In this document: piece by piece, positions 8,323 to 18,164 of the stretch
How the letters are laid out: each line of letters begins with the position of its first letter
How positions within the stretch are numbered: the stretch's first letter is position 1
Virus record (IMG/VR): IMGVR_UViG_3300020045_002532
Span: 1 to 39,430 of that record
Length of the DNA stretch: 39,430 nt
Source of the DNA: a virus
Lineage: Duplodnaviria; Caudoviricetes
Direction: 5' to 3' (one strand)
Translations under genes and position numbers: made by a program
The notes under the pieces: generated by a model
Seen by the model: only the letters and a program-made list of their open reading frames with translations
The model's database searches: none
What the model was told of the DNA's origin: nothing

Positions 8323-8952
8323 ATGGCAAACTTTGATATGGACCAAGGCGCAGGCGGCGGCGAAGGCCCGTGGCTGGCATGGTCGGCAAAAGGCACGGAT
8401 GACGGCAAGGTCGATCCGCGCAACTTCTACATTCGCGATGGTGATGCAAAGACGCAATTCGATGGCTTCAAAACCGGAGTTGTGCTGGATATCGCCAACA
8501 TGAAAACTGGATGGCAGAAGGGTGAAGGTGCTAAAGGCGTTGCTCCGGAATGGAAGTGGAACCCGTCTATCAGCCAAATGGCCCCGAAGCCTGGTGAAGA
8601 CTACAAAAAGGGCTTTTCTATCCGTTGTGCGGTAGGCGGCGGGAAAACGGCGAACTGGGAACAGGCAGCGGTCGGATCTTGGAACGCTTTCACCGCTCTC
8701 ATTCCTGCACTGCAAGCAGGCCCCGGCGATGGCAGCTTGCCATTGATCCGCATGACAGGCCACAAGGTGGAGCAATTCGCCAAGGGGTCAAGCGTTACGC
8801 CAGTGCTTGAGGTGGTGAAGTGGGTGCCGCGCCCGGACTGCCTGAAAGAAGGATTTGCGATGGCACAAGAAACCCAAAAAGCTGTTGAACCTGAAAAGAA
8901 GGTTGAGCAAACCACGCAACCCGCATCGGTGCCAGACGACGCTTCTTTCTAA
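8323..8952 (+). CDS. Putative single-stranded DNA-binding protein
   Basis: Aromatic/beta-rich core, flexible tail ending DDASF, located in the replication block; function is inferred. Confidence 0.55.
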   Translation: MANFDMDQGAGGGEGPWLAWSAKGTDDGKVDPRNFYIRDGDAKTQFDGFKTGVVLDIANMKTGWQKGEGAKGVAPEWKWNPSISQMAPKPGEDYKKGFSIRCAVGGGKTANWEQAAVGSWNAFTALIPALQAGPGDGSLPLIRMTGHKVEQFAKGSSVTPVLEVVKWVPRPDCLKEGFAMAQETQKAVEPEKKVEQTTQPASVPDDASF

Positions 8953-9029
8953 TCACGCATAAATCCGCGTGACAAAAGCAACGCCGCGTCCGATCAAGGG
9001 CGCGGCACTATCATATAGGAGGCGGGTAA

Positions 9030-9338
9030 ATGCAATTTTACCAAAATCACCCCGATGAAGCCGCGAACATCGCGGCATTCACGGCAATCATCGCAAACTT
9101 TCCGGGCTTGCCGCTGTTCCATCCAAACGCAGAAAAAGCGCCTTGGCATGTCCAAGCCGTCATATACATCGGCCACTATCCGATTTGTCTGAATTTTTGG
9201 CCTCACAGGCTGAAGGCGCAACGCGAAGGGTGCAAGGCCGTTGAAGGTGCACAAGCTATCCAGCGCCTCATAGAACAAGCCTACGACGACGCCTTGTCTA
9301 CATCGTCTGATGATCTTGACTTGATCGAGGGGCTGTAA
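9030..9338 (+). CDS. Hypothetical protein
   Basis: AGGAGG RBS; 102-aa ORF. Confidence 0.7.
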   Translation: MQFYQNHPDEAANIAAFTAIIANFPGLPLFHPNAEKAPWHVQAVIYIGHYPICLNFWPHRLKAQREGCKAVEGAQAIQRLIEQAYDDALSTSSDDLDLIEGL

Positions 9339-9339
9339 C

Positions 9340-11484
9340 GTGGTGCCGCAAGAAATCATTACCCCGAACGCCGAAGCCATCCGCGCCGATCTGAAATACA
9401 TGACACGGCGCTGGGCTGAATTGCCCATTCCCTGCATGTTTGAAATCCGCGCATTCAAAGAGCATTGCCAGCCGCAAGTGGTCAAATACGCGACGGACTG
9501 GATCGACGGCCCAGAAGGTGCCGTGCAATTCATCGTAGATCTGAACGCGCGCGGATATAACGTCTATGCCGTTCGCAACCCGATCAATCCAACACGCAGC
9601 GGGTCCGCCACAGACGCGGATATCGTCGCCGCGTTTTTCCTGTGGGCTGATTGCGACGACCCCGCCGCCGCTGGTAACGTCCTACGGTTCGATGGCCCCA
9701 AGTGGTCGGCTTCAGTCGTCACCGGAACAACCCCAAGCACCCGCGCGCACACCTATTGGGAATTGGCCGAACCATGCACCGACATGGCGGCGTGGCGGGC
9801 CATGCAGGCCACAATCGCCGCGCACTTCGCCTCTGACCCATCCGTGATCAACCCGAGCCGCATCATGCGCGTGGGGGGCACTGTCAGCTATCCAGACACG
9901 CGAAAGCAGGGCCGGGGCTATATCTCGGAAATCACCGAACTGCGCACAGAATACGCAGATCCCCGCGCGCCCGTCACAATGGAGCAAATGGCGCGCGTAT
10001 TCGGTGAACGCGAACCCGCCGTTCGGCAAAGCCTATCATCCGCCGCAACACCAGCCCAGCGCAATACAAGCGGTTTCCAGATCGACATGGGAAGCAATAT
10101 TGCACCGCTAGACCGCGAACGCCTTGCCATTCAGGCCACATCAGGGATGGATTGGCATAACGCCGTTATCCGCCTTGTGGCGTCCTATGTGGGCAAGGGG
10201 CTGTCAGACGACGAAATCCACGCGCTGACACAACCCCTCACCTTATCTGGATACACTGGCCAGCAGACAGCGCAGGAAGTGCAGACAGCTATCGACGGGG
10301 CACGGCGCAAGGGATGGACGCCAGAGGCGCAATACGCCGATCCTGCGGCGCTGCAACCACCAGCACAAGCACCGTCGCCAGATATTGATTTTGATGCGCC
10401 CGCTACACCAGCACGCCCGCTTGATTTGGAATGGTTTGACGACGCCGCCCCGATACTGTCAGGCGCGTACATCATCAAAGGCGTTCTCGACGCGGGTGCT
10501 ATGTCAGTCGTCTACGGCCCGTCTAACAGCGGTAAAACCTTCTTCGCCTTCGACCTGGCCTATCACATCGCCATAGGGGCACCATGGCGCGGATTGCGCG
10601 TCAAGCAATCTGCCATCCTCTATCTGGCAGCAGAGGGCGGTAGGGGCGCGATGAACCGCCTTGCGGCCCTACGGCAGGCCCATGGCGTCTGCGATGTGCC
10701 TATGGCCCTCAAACGCGCCGGATTGGACCTGCTGCATGATCAGGCCGACTTACAGCATATCACCGATCTGGCTGGCGAGGTGATGCGGATAAAGCCGGGA
10801 TTGCCGCTTATCATTGTGATCGACACGCTGTCGCGCATCATGGCAGGAGGCGACGAAAACAGCGCCGCAGACATGACAGCCTTAATCCGAAACATCGACG
10901 CGGTGCGGGAAGCTACGGGCGCGCATATCATGCTGGTGCACCACACGGGCAAGGATACGGCGCGCGGTGCGCGTGGGCATAGTAGCCTCAGAGCCGCCAC
11001 AGATACCGAGATTGAGGTCGCCAATGACGATGGCGCGAGGGCCGCTGTGGTGACGAAACAGCGTGATCACCAGGGCGGGGAAACCTTCGCATTCACCCTG
11101 CGCACCGTATCCCTCGGACATGATCCAGACGGCGACGAGGTGACAAGCTGCGTCATTGATGTGGCCGATAGCGATGAATTCAAAGCCGCGAAACGGGCCT
11201 CAAAAGGGCGCGGAAAGAACCAGACAATCATCATGGAAACCTTTGATCAGATGATTGCGGAGGGCCTCGGGAAGGGCAATCCGGGTGGCGTTGGTATGCC
11301 GGAACCGGGGCAATTCTGGGCTGTGGACTTGCAGGAATTACGCACCATTTCGCAGGGAAAAATGGCCGGAGAGAACGCCGCCAAGCTTTTCCGCACGGCA
11401 TGGGACGGATTGACCGGAAATGACGGTCTTTTCGTGGCGGGGAATAACTTGGCTTGGAGAATTGATAGGAGGAAATCACATTGA
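9340..11484 (+). CDS. Primase-helicase (RepB-type primase N-terminus, AAA_25/RepA-like helicase C-terminus)
   Basis: WADCDD, HTYW and DPSVINPSRIMRVGGT primase motifs; YGPSNSGKT, YLAAEG, IVIDTLSR, VHHTGKD and RGHSSL helicase motifs. Confidence 0.9.
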   Translation: MVPQEIITPNAEAIRADLKYMTRRWAELPIPCMFEIRAFKEHCQPQVVKYATDWIDGPEGAVQFIVDLNARGYNVYAVRNPINPTRSGSATDADIVAAFFLWADCDDPAAAGNVLRFDGPKWSASVVTGTTPSTRAHTYWELAEPCTDMAAWRAMQATIAAHFASDPSVINPSRIMRVGGTVSYPDTRKQGRGYISEITELRTEYADPRAPVTMEQMARVFGEREPAVRQSLSSAATPAQRNTSGFQIDMGSNIAPLDRERLAIQATSGMDWHNAVIRLVASYVGKGLSDDEIHALTQPLTLSGYTGQQTAQEVQTAIDGARRKGWTPEAQYADPAALQPPAQAPSPDIDFDAPATPARPLDLEWFDDAAPILSGAYIIKGVLDAGAMSVVYGPSNSGKTFFAFDLAYHIAIGAPWRGLRVKQSAILYLAAEGGRGAMNRLAALRQAHGVCDVPMALKRAGLDLLHDQADLQHITDLAGEVMRIKPGLPLIIVIDTLSRIMAGGDENSAADMTALIRNIDAVREATGAHIMLVHHTGKDTARGARGHSSLRAATDTEIEVANDDGARAAVVTKQRDHQGGETFAFTLRTVSLGHDPDGDEVTSCVIDVADSDEFKAAKRASKGRGKNQTIIMETFDQMIAEGLGKGNPGGVGMPEPGQFWAVDLQELRTISQGKMAGENAAKLFRTAWDGLTGNDGLFVAGNNLAWRIDRRKSH

Positions 11485-11504
11485 AACAACTACTTACAGT
11501 CAAA

Positions 11505-11615
11505 TGGGAAGTAAGGAATAACATGGGAATATTCGCAGTATTCCCCATTCCGAAGCCCGTAGGCACCTTGGGAAGGAAGGGGAACATTGCCTATAGGCAT
11601 GTTCCCCATTCCCCT
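11505..11615. other. Putative replication origin (palindromes and GGGAA/TTCCC iterations)
   Basis: GGGGAACAT-T-GCCTATAGGC-ATGTTCCCC at 11579-11607; ATGGGAATA...TATTCCCCAT at 11523-11548; TTCCCCATTCC twice; lies immediately after the primase-helicase. Confidence 0.5.
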
Positions 11616-11638
11616 GCCGGTTCGCGGGGCGTTCAAAA

Positions 11639-12202
11639 ATGAAGCATCACCGCCAAAACCGCCCTGACCGTTTGCTCACTCCGGGGGCTACCGCAGATGA
11701 AATCCGCAAAGACCACGCCGCCGCCCCCTTCGACCGCATGGCAATCGAAGCTGACAGGACTTGGGGCATCGACCAGCTTCCCGCCCTCGTCACTCCGGCG
11801 CTTGCAGAAAAGTACGGGCGGGCCGTCGCGCATCTGAATGATCGGATCAACAACGGCACCCCGGACGAGGTTGCAGCCGCCGCCGCGAATTGCGTCAAGG
11901 GCATGATCGCCATGGACGCCGAAGCCCGCGCGCTGGGCCGCACACCGATCACGCCGGATGTGTTTGAATACGAGCATGAGGGCCATCACTTCGGCATTGT
12001 CCGTGACGTGGCTGTCGCTGCCATCGCAGAGGCGCAAAGACCGGGCATCACGATCTACACCATGCGCGAAGTTGCCGTAGCCCTGCACGCCGCCCGCCAT
12101 GCCGTCGCAGCTGTCAAGGACGCCTTCCCCGGTGCAACCGTAACGGCGATCAGGCCGCTGTCGCCAATCGGGCAGGATATCGACGATGAGTTGCCTTACT
12201 GA
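11639..12202 (+). CDS. Hypothetical protein
   Basis: 187-aa ORF with acidic C-terminus DIDDELPY. Confidence 0.8.
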   Translation: MKHHRQNRPDRLLTPGATADEIRKDHAAAPFDRMAIEADRTWGIDQLPALVTPALAEKYGRAVAHLNDRINNGTPDEVAAAAANCVKGMIAMDAEARALGRTPITPDVFEYEHEGHHFGIVRDVAVAAIAEAQRPGITIYTMREVAVALHAARHAVAAVKDAFPGATVTAIRPLSPIGQDIDDELPY

Positions 12203-12210
12203 CATTTGGC

Positions 12211-12325
12211 TTGACAGCCACCCCCATCCTGTGCCAAACTGTATCTGCGCGGCCCGCCCCGGAAGTCATGATCCGGCGGTGTGTTGATCCTCCCCGACTA
12301 GGGCCGCGCGCATCACACAGGGAGG
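12211..12325 (+). promoter_or_regulatory. Promoter and structured leader with an anti-SD loop
   Basis: TTGACA at 12211; stem GCGCGGCCC/GGGCCGCGC enclosing CCGGA/TCCGG and an unpaired TCCTCCCC; GGGAGG downstream. Confidence 0.5.
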
Positions 12326-12339
12326 TGTGGAGATGAGAA

Positions 12340-12576
12340 ATGAAAATCAGATACTGGCTGGCAGACCTAATCACCGGGGGCGCGCTGACGCGGGCAGAGA
12401 ACCACGCGAAGGATGGATGGGCATTGAGGGCAAAGTGGTCCGCGCTTGCCTTGAATCATCAAATGGAGGCCGCTGACTTACGTGCCGCCATGCACGCCAT
12501 CGCCGCGATGCGCACGGACAAGGCAAACGCAACCGTTCGGCGCATGGCGCGCGTTGCAGAGGAGGCAGTGAAATGA
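12340..12576 (+). CDS. Hypothetical protein
   Basis: First of a run of ATGA-coupled ORFs. Confidence 0.7.
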   Translation: MKIRYWLADLITGGALTRAENHAKDGWALRAKWSALALNHQMEAADLRAAMHAIAAMRTDKANATVRRMARVAEEAVK

Positions 12577-12965
12577 CCGACTTTGACCTAACCAAGATCA
12601 CCATGCAGTTCGGCACCCTTCGCCGCAAAATCCGCACGGCGCTACAGGCGCACTTCGACGCGGGCGGAGAGATTGAGGTGTTATCGAGAGATGGCATCTG
12701 GGTTAAAATTACAGCACCGTCATGGATTGAGACCAGGGTCTATCGCGCCAAGCCGACTGCGATGATCACCGGAAACATCGGCTTGTCGGATGAATACCGC
12801 GCTATTTTTGTGGGCGTTCAAGAGCGCGCTCAAGCTGAAACGCAGCCCCACCCCATCTTCGCAGCGGTGAAGGAATGGCAGGAGGCGCATACCCTGACGT
12901 GTGGCGTCACTGATCGGCGCATCAAGGCATGTGCTGCCCTCATGGCAATCAAGGTGCCATCATGA
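12573..12965 (+). CDS. Hypothetical protein
   Basis: ATGA-coupled 130-aa ORF. Confidence 0.7.
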   Translation: MTDFDLTKITMQFGTLRRKIRTALQAHFDAGGEIEVLSRDGIWVKITAPSWIETRVYRAKPTAMITGNIGLSDEYRAIFVGVQERAQAETQPHPIFAAVKEWQEAHTLTCGVTDRRIKACAALMAIKVPS

Positions 12966-13294
12966 CCGAGCAACAGCAAGAGTTTGGACCGTGGATCGAG
13001 CATGACGGCAAGGGGTGCCCGTGTGTGGGGAAGATGGTGGAGGTTAATCGCGCCAATGGGGACATATCACGCTTTATAGCGGGCAGCGGAACGCTTTATA
13101 CGGCGCGGGCTTCGGCTCACTATTGCGCCAATAAAACAGGATCGTGGTGGCAGTGGGTTTCTGATTATCCGGTATATGGTGAAATCATCCGCTACCGCAT
13201 CCGCAAGCCCCGCGCCCTTCTCGACCTGATCCAGATGGTTGCCGATCTCCCCGCACCCGCCGTCAAGCAACCAGCGCCGGGGGTGATCGCATGA
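12962..13294 (+). CDS. Hypothetical protein (FGPWIEHDGKGCP...IIRYRIRKPR type)
   Basis: ATGA-coupled start MTEQQ; recurrent phage motif. Confidence 0.75.
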   Translation: MTEQQQEFGPWIEHDGKGCPCVGKMVEVNRANGDISRFIAGSGTLYTARASAHYCANKTGSWWQWVSDYPVYGEIIRYRIRKPRALLDLIQMVADLPAPAVKQPAPGVIA

Positions 13295-13482
13295 GCGACA
13301 TACATGCCGCCGAATTAAAAGCCGACTTGGCAAAACTCGCTGCAATTCCCGATGATGTGATCCGAGCCGCCGCCCGCAAAGCTTGGGTCAAGGAAGTGGC
13401 TGAACGGTTTCAGGTCCAAGCATCGTTCGCAGAAATTCGTCTTGCTGGCATCGGCCCGTATTTGCCCAAGGTGAACCCATGA
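13291..13482 (+). CDS. Hypothetical protein
   Basis: ATGA-coupled 63-aa ORF. Confidence 0.6.
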   Translation: MSDIHAAELKADLAKLAAIPDDVIRAAARKAWVKEVAERFQVQASFAEIRLAGIGPYLPKVNP

Positions 13483-13910
13483 AACCCACACCCATGGCCT
13501 CCTTTCGCAGTGTAACCCAAACCCGCGTGATGCCCCCACAGCCCACAGCCAAGCCGCCTGCCTATGCAGCCCGCATCGCACAGCACATCGCAGAAGGCCG
13601 CACACCAGCGCAGGCCATGCAGGCGATAGAGCGCGCAGACGGGCATATGGGGCGGCTTCCCGTCAAGCTGCAAGAATCCGCATGTGGCGGACGCGGCAAG
13701 GCCAAGCCGAAGCACACCAAGCCGCTCACCCATCGCATCATGGATATCCTGACTTCCGAGTGGGTCTACATGAGCGATGAAATCACAGCGGCGCTCGGGT
13801 CCAACCGCGAGAACATCTACGCCGCCTTGCGCGAATTACGCGAACAGGGCCGGGTGGAACAAACGCGGGTGAACGGTCGCAACAAGATGCTGTGGAGGGT
13901 CAAGGCATGA
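13479..13910 (+). CDS. Protein with C-terminal winged HTH
   Basis: RIMDIL...SDEITAALGSNRENIYAALRELREQGRVEQ...LWRV. Confidence 0.7.
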   Translation: MKPTPMASFRSVTQTRVMPPQPTAKPPAYAARIAQHIAEGRTPAQAMQAIERADGHMGRLPVKLQESACGGRGKAKPKHTKPLTHRIMDILTSEWVYMSDEITAALGSNRENIYAALRELREQGRVEQTRVNGRNKMLWRVKA

Positions 13911-14185
13911 GCATCATAACGCGCATCCATGATGGGCGCATATTCCCGAGCATGTCCGCCGCAGACAGGGCGCTAGGCGTGTGCATAGGCACAACAGCGC
14001 ACCACATCGACACCCACGGCACCACGGCCCGCATCGGAAAGCCTTACCGCAACACACCAAAGCCCGTCACGTTTGAAGGAGTGGACTATCCGAGCATATC
14101 CGAGGCGGCACGGCAAACAGGAAAAACCCGTGCCGCAATCGTTTGGTCAATGGCACCAAAAAAGCGACGGCCTAGTGTGACCTGA
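13907..14185 (+). CDS. Tandem NUMOD1-like HTH DNA-binding protein
   Basis: Two repeats, DGRIFPSMSAADRALGV and EGVDYPSISEAARQTGK. Confidence 0.7.
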   Translation: MSIITRIHDGRIFPSMSAADRALGVCIGTTAHHIDTHGTTARIGKPYRNTPKPVTFEGVDYPSISEAARQTGKTRAAIVWSMAPKKRRPSVT

Positions 14186-14321
14186 CACTCGAAACAGGCG
14201 GGTTAGTCGGACAGTGCCGGGTATCGAGCAACTCAAACACCGACATCCGCGCAAATCCCTTCAACTCTCGGGGACTAGGCGCGGCGATTTACAACGCAAC
14301 GGAATGTGATAGTATAACGAT

Positions 14322-14744
14322 ATGGGAACACCGCAGGAATTCACAGAGGACGTTGCAGCCGAAATCTGCAAGCGGATCATGAAAGGCGAAAGCCTGCGTG
14401 CTGTTTGCCGCGATGACTTCATGCCGCCGAATTGGCTTGTGTATGATTGGCTTGCGAAAATGCCAGAGTTTGCCAAGCGATACGCGCGCGCGTGCGAGGT
14501 TCGCGCGGATGTGATTTTTGACGAGATTTTCGATATTGCGGACGACAATCAGCACGATATTCGCTTAAGCCCCGATGGGGTTGAATTACTGAACACCGAT
14601 CATGTGCAGCGGGCAAAGCTGCGTATTGATGCGCGCAAATGGGCGCTGTCCAAGATGCAGCCGAAGAAGTACGGCGAAAAGCTGGATCTAAACCACAGTG
14701 GGGAATTCCAGATTGTAATCTCAGGCGACGATGCCGACCTTTGA
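14322..14744 (+). CDS. terS: Terminase small subunit (Sf6 gp1-like)
   Basis: EICKRIMKGESLRAVC...F.KRYARA...IFDIADD...RAKLRIDARKWALSKMQPKKYGEK; directly upstream of terL. Confidence 0.92.
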   Translation: MGTPQEFTEDVAAEICKRIMKGESLRAVCRDDFMPPNWLVYDWLAKMPEFAKRYARACEVRADVIFDEIFDIADDNQHDIRLSPDGVELLNTDHVQRAKLRIDARKWALSKMQPKKYGEKLDLNHSGEFQIVISGDDADL

Positions 14745-16056
14745 ACTGACAGCCAAACAGAAAGAGGTTCGTGCGATTTTTGCCTCTGCGGCCAAGTTCT
14801 TTCTGGTCTATGGCGGATCGCGATCCGGGAAAACATTCTTCATCATCTACGCAATCATCACCCGCATGTTGAAAGCGCCGGGGTCGCGTCATGCGGTATT
14901 CCGCGCCGATGGCGTGGATGCCAAGCAATCTGTTGGCAACGAAACCGTGCCATCTGTTTTGGCGCTGGCGTTCCCCGGATTGGTGATGAAATGGCACGAC
15001 AAGGACGGATATTACGAGGCCCCAAACGGGTCGCAGCTTTGGCTTGCTGGCCTGAAAGACAAGGCGCGGCTTGATAAGGTGCTAGGCAAGGAATTCTCCA
15101 CCATCTATCTGAACGAGGCCAGCCAGATCACCTTGGCAGCGTTTTCGATTGTCCAGACCCGCCTTGCGCAATCAGTCATGCAGGTAAATGGCAAGCGCTT
15201 GCCACTGCGGTTGTATGTGGACCTTAACCCAACGGTATCAGCGCATTGGACATACCAAATCTGGATCAATGGCATTCACCCAGAGGGAAGCTTTGCCATC
15301 CCGGATCACGAGGCGGACTATCGAACTGTCATGGTGAACCCGGTGGATAACGCTGGAAACCTGCCGCCTGATTACATCGCCGCCCTGCGTAATCTACCCG
15401 AGCGGATGCGGCGGCGCTTCTTTGATGGGGCATTCACAGCCGACGATGACAACGCGCTGTGGCGGCGCAGTTACATCAAGATCGACGCACCCCCCGCGAT
15501 GGGCAGGATTGTGGTGGCGGTTGATCCGGCAATAACAAACCTGCCAGGCTCAGATGAAACTGGCATTATCGTCGCAGGCATTGGCTTGGATGGTCGCGGA
15601 TATGTGCTGGCAGACGAGAGCGGGAAGTACCGACCAGAGGAATGGGCGCGGCGGGCTATCAGCTTGTTCGACACATATGAGGCCGATGCGGTGGTGGCAG
15701 AGGTAAACCAAGGCGGCGACATGGTGGAAAGCATGATCAAGGCCGCTGCCAAGGGCCGCACAGTGCCCGTGCGCAAGGTGACAGCCACACGTGCCAAGCA
15801 TGTGCGCGCCGAAATGCCAGCGGCCCTATACGAGCAAGGCAAGGTCAGACACGCGCAAGACTTCCCCGAGTTGGTGGATCAGATGTGCGCGTTCACGATT
15901 GATTTTGACCGTGCGGCCCAAGGGTATTCGCCAGACCGCGTTGACGCGCTTGTATGGGCGTTCACTGATCTGTTCCCGAGCATGGTGCAACGGATTGAAG
16001 ATGTTCCCTTCGTCATGCCGCATCGCCAGAACCTAGGCGCGGGGAGGCGGTTTTGA
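14731..16056 (+). CDS. terL: Terminase large subunit
   Basis: YGGSRSGKT Walker A, YLNEA Walker B, DLNP coupling motif, VAVDPA/DETGI/DRVDALVWA nuclease motifs. Confidence 0.95.
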   Translation: MPTFELTAKQKEVRAIFASAAKFFLVYGGSRSGKTFFIIYAIITRMLKAPGSRHAVFRADGVDAKQSVGNETVPSVLALAFPGLVMKWHDKDGYYEAPNGSQLWLAGLKDKARLDKVLGKEFSTIYLNEASQITLAAFSIVQTRLAQSVMQVNGKRLPLRLYVDLNPTVSAHWTYQIWINGIHPEGSFAIPDHEADYRTVMVNPVDNAGNLPPDYIAALRNLPERMRRRFFDGAFTADDDNALWRRSYIKIDAPPAMGRIVVAVDPAITNLPGSDETGIIVAGIGLDGRGYVLADESGKYRPEEWARRAISLFDTYEADAVVAEVNQGGDMVESMIKAAAKGRTVPVRKVTATRAKHVRAEMPAALYEQGKVRHAQDFPELVDQMCAFTIDFDRAAQGYSPDRVDALVWAFTDLFPSMVQRIEDVPFVMPHRQNLGAGRRF

Positions 16057-16115
16057 CGGTAGCTTGTATTTTCGCGCATTGCGGGTATCATGCCGCAAAA
16101 CCAATGAGGCATTGA

Positions 16116-18164
16116 ATGGCACGCAAAACCAAGGCCCAGCGCCTCACTGAACTACACGCAGAAGCCTTGCAGCAATTCCAAGACAGCTATGACGCGACAT
16201 CATGGGACCGCGAACAAGCGCTTATCGCCAGGCGCTTTGTCAACATTCGTGGCGCGCAATGGGATTGGGCAGACGGCACATTTGATAACAAGATGATGCT
16301 GGAAATCGACCATGTGTCGCCTGAAATTATCCGCATCACCAATGAGTACAAAAAGAACCGCATCGCCGCCATGTTTATGCCTGCGGATGGCACCGATGCT
16401 GACGAGCTAGCCGACGCCTGCGCTGCACGATACCGCGCTGATACGCAGGACAGTCAGGGCAAGGAGGCCCGCGATACAGCGTTCTCTGGTGCGCTTGAGG
16501 GTGGCATTGGCGGGATGCGGCTGCGGGCGGAATATGAAGAAGGCGAAAAGCAACGCATCTGCCTTGAGCCTATCAATGATGCGGAAAGCTGCCTGTACTT
16601 TGACGCCAATGCCAAGCGCAAGGATAAGTCGGACGCCGAACATGCGTGGCATATCACGCCATGGACCCGCCGCGCCTATGTGAAGAAATGGGGCGAGGAT
16701 ACGGCAAGTTGGCCCGCTGAGTTGGTTGGGCAGTTTGCGTTCCCGTGGTTTGGGACTGGCGTTGATGTGGTCTATGTGGCGGAGTACTTTGTCAAAGAGG
16801 ATGGCCGCGAGACGTTTCGCATCTTTGAAGGCTTCGGCGGTGAAATCCAAGAGAGGCTTGAGGATGATCTGACTGACGATGAAGTCGAGGTGCTACTAGC
16901 CACAGGGTTTAAAGAAGTTGAGCCGCGTACAGACGAATATGACCGCGTGGTCAAGTACGTCATGAGCGGGGCGAAGATTTTGTCAGGGCCGGAGGTCGTG
17001 CCAGGTCGGCATATTCCGTTGGTGCCGCAGTACGGATACTGGAAGATCATTGACCACCAAGAGCGGTTCCGGGGCTTTACGCAAAAGCAGATGGATGCGC
17101 AAATCGTCTATAACATCCAGGTGTCGAAGGTTGGTGAAACTGCGGCTGCGTCTGGAATTGAGAAGCCTATCTTCTTGGCGGAGCAGATCAAGGGCTGGGA
17201 GGTCGCTTGGCAAAACGACAATATCGAGAACAACGCATTCATGGTGATCAATGCCATTCGTGACGCCAGCGGGCAGACCATGCCCACAGGCCCGGTTGGA
17301 TACACCAAATCACCGGACGTAGCCCCTGCCGTTGGCGCGTTGATCCAGCTTACCAAGCAGGACATTGTTGATCTGAACGGCAACCAGCAGAACACCGAAA
17401 TGGTGAACCCCAACACCAGCGGCATTTCTATGGAGTTGGCGCAGGGCAAGGCGGACATGCGGTCGTCCGGCTTTATTGACGGGGCGGCAGAGGCGGAAAC
17501 CCGTCTCGCAGAGATTTGGCTGAGTATGGCTGCGGATGTCTACTACGAAAAAGGCCGCAAACTGAAAACGCTGACAGAGGACGGCAAGCGCGGATCGGTT
17601 GAGATCGGCAAGAAAATCCTTGACGCCAAGACGGGCGAACTGCGTGCCGAGATTGATTTCAGCCGTGCGAAGTTTGACGTGATTGTTGACGTTGGCCCTA
17701 CCAGCGCAAGCCGCCGCATGTCGATTGTCCGCACGCTGTTTTCGATGATGCCGTTTGTGACAGATCCGCTTGACCAGAAGAAACTGATGGCCTTTGCGAT
17801 GATGAATATGGAGGGCGAGGGGATCAGCGATATGCGTGACGACGCCCGCCGCACGCTTGTCGCTCTTGGCGTGGTGAAGCCAACCAAGGAAGAAGAAGCC
17901 GAAATGCAGGCCGCGCAACAGCCCGCCGCACCCGACCCGAATGCAGTCTTGGCCGATGCAATGGCGAAGGAGGCAGAGGCCAAGGCGGTGAAGGCTATCG
18001 CTGATACGGCGCTGGCAGAGGCTCGGACACAAGCGACGCAGGCCAAGACAGCGGAAACGCTGGCTGGCATACCCATCGCGCAACAGGAAAGCGCATTGAA
18101 AACCGCAACCGCTTTAGCACAGGAACTCAATCAGAATGCTGGACACCCAAATGCAGGACAATGA
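16116..18164 (+). CDS. Portal protein (P22-like)
   Basis: 682 aa after terL; YFDANAKRKDKSDAEHA, IPLVPQYG and FDVIVDVGP motifs; Ala/Gln-rich helical C-terminal barrel. Confidence 0.9.
   Translation: MARKTKAQRLTELHAEALQQFQDSYDATSWDREQALIARRFVNIRGAQWDWADGTFDNKMMLEIDHVSPEIIRITNEYKKNRIAAMFMPADGTDADELADACAARYRADTQDSQGKEARDTAFSGALEGGIGGMRLRAEYEEGEKQRICLEPINDAESCLYFDANAKRKDKSDAEHAWHITPWTRRAYVKKWGEDTASWPAELVGQFAFPWFGTGVDVVYVAEYFVKEDGRETFRIFEGFGGEIQERLEDDLTDDEVEVLLATGFKEVEPRTDEYDRVVKYVMSGAKILSGPEVVPGRHIPLVPQYGYWKIIDHQERFRGFTQKQMDAQIVYNIQVSKVGETAAASGIEKPIFLAEQIKGWEVAWQNDNIENNAFMVINAIRDASGQTMPTGPVGYTKSPDVAPAVGALIQLTKQDIVDLNGNQQNTEMVNPNTSGISMELAQGKADMRSSGFIDGAAEAETRLAEIWLSMAADVYYEKGRKLKTLTEDGKRGSVEIGKKILDAKTGELRAEIDFSRAKFDVIVDVGPTSASRRMSIVRTLFSMMPFVTDPLDQKKLMAFAMMNMEGEGISDMRDDARRTLVALGVVKPTKEEEAEMQAAQQPAAPDPNAVLADAMAKEAEAKAVKAIADTALAEARTQATQAKTAETLAGIPIAQQESALKTATALAQELNQNAGHPNAGQ

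Noticed and set aside
14186-14290. Hairpins upstream of terS as an ncRNA or pac site
   Set aside because: Short GC stems are compatible with chance or a simple terminator; nothing diagnostic
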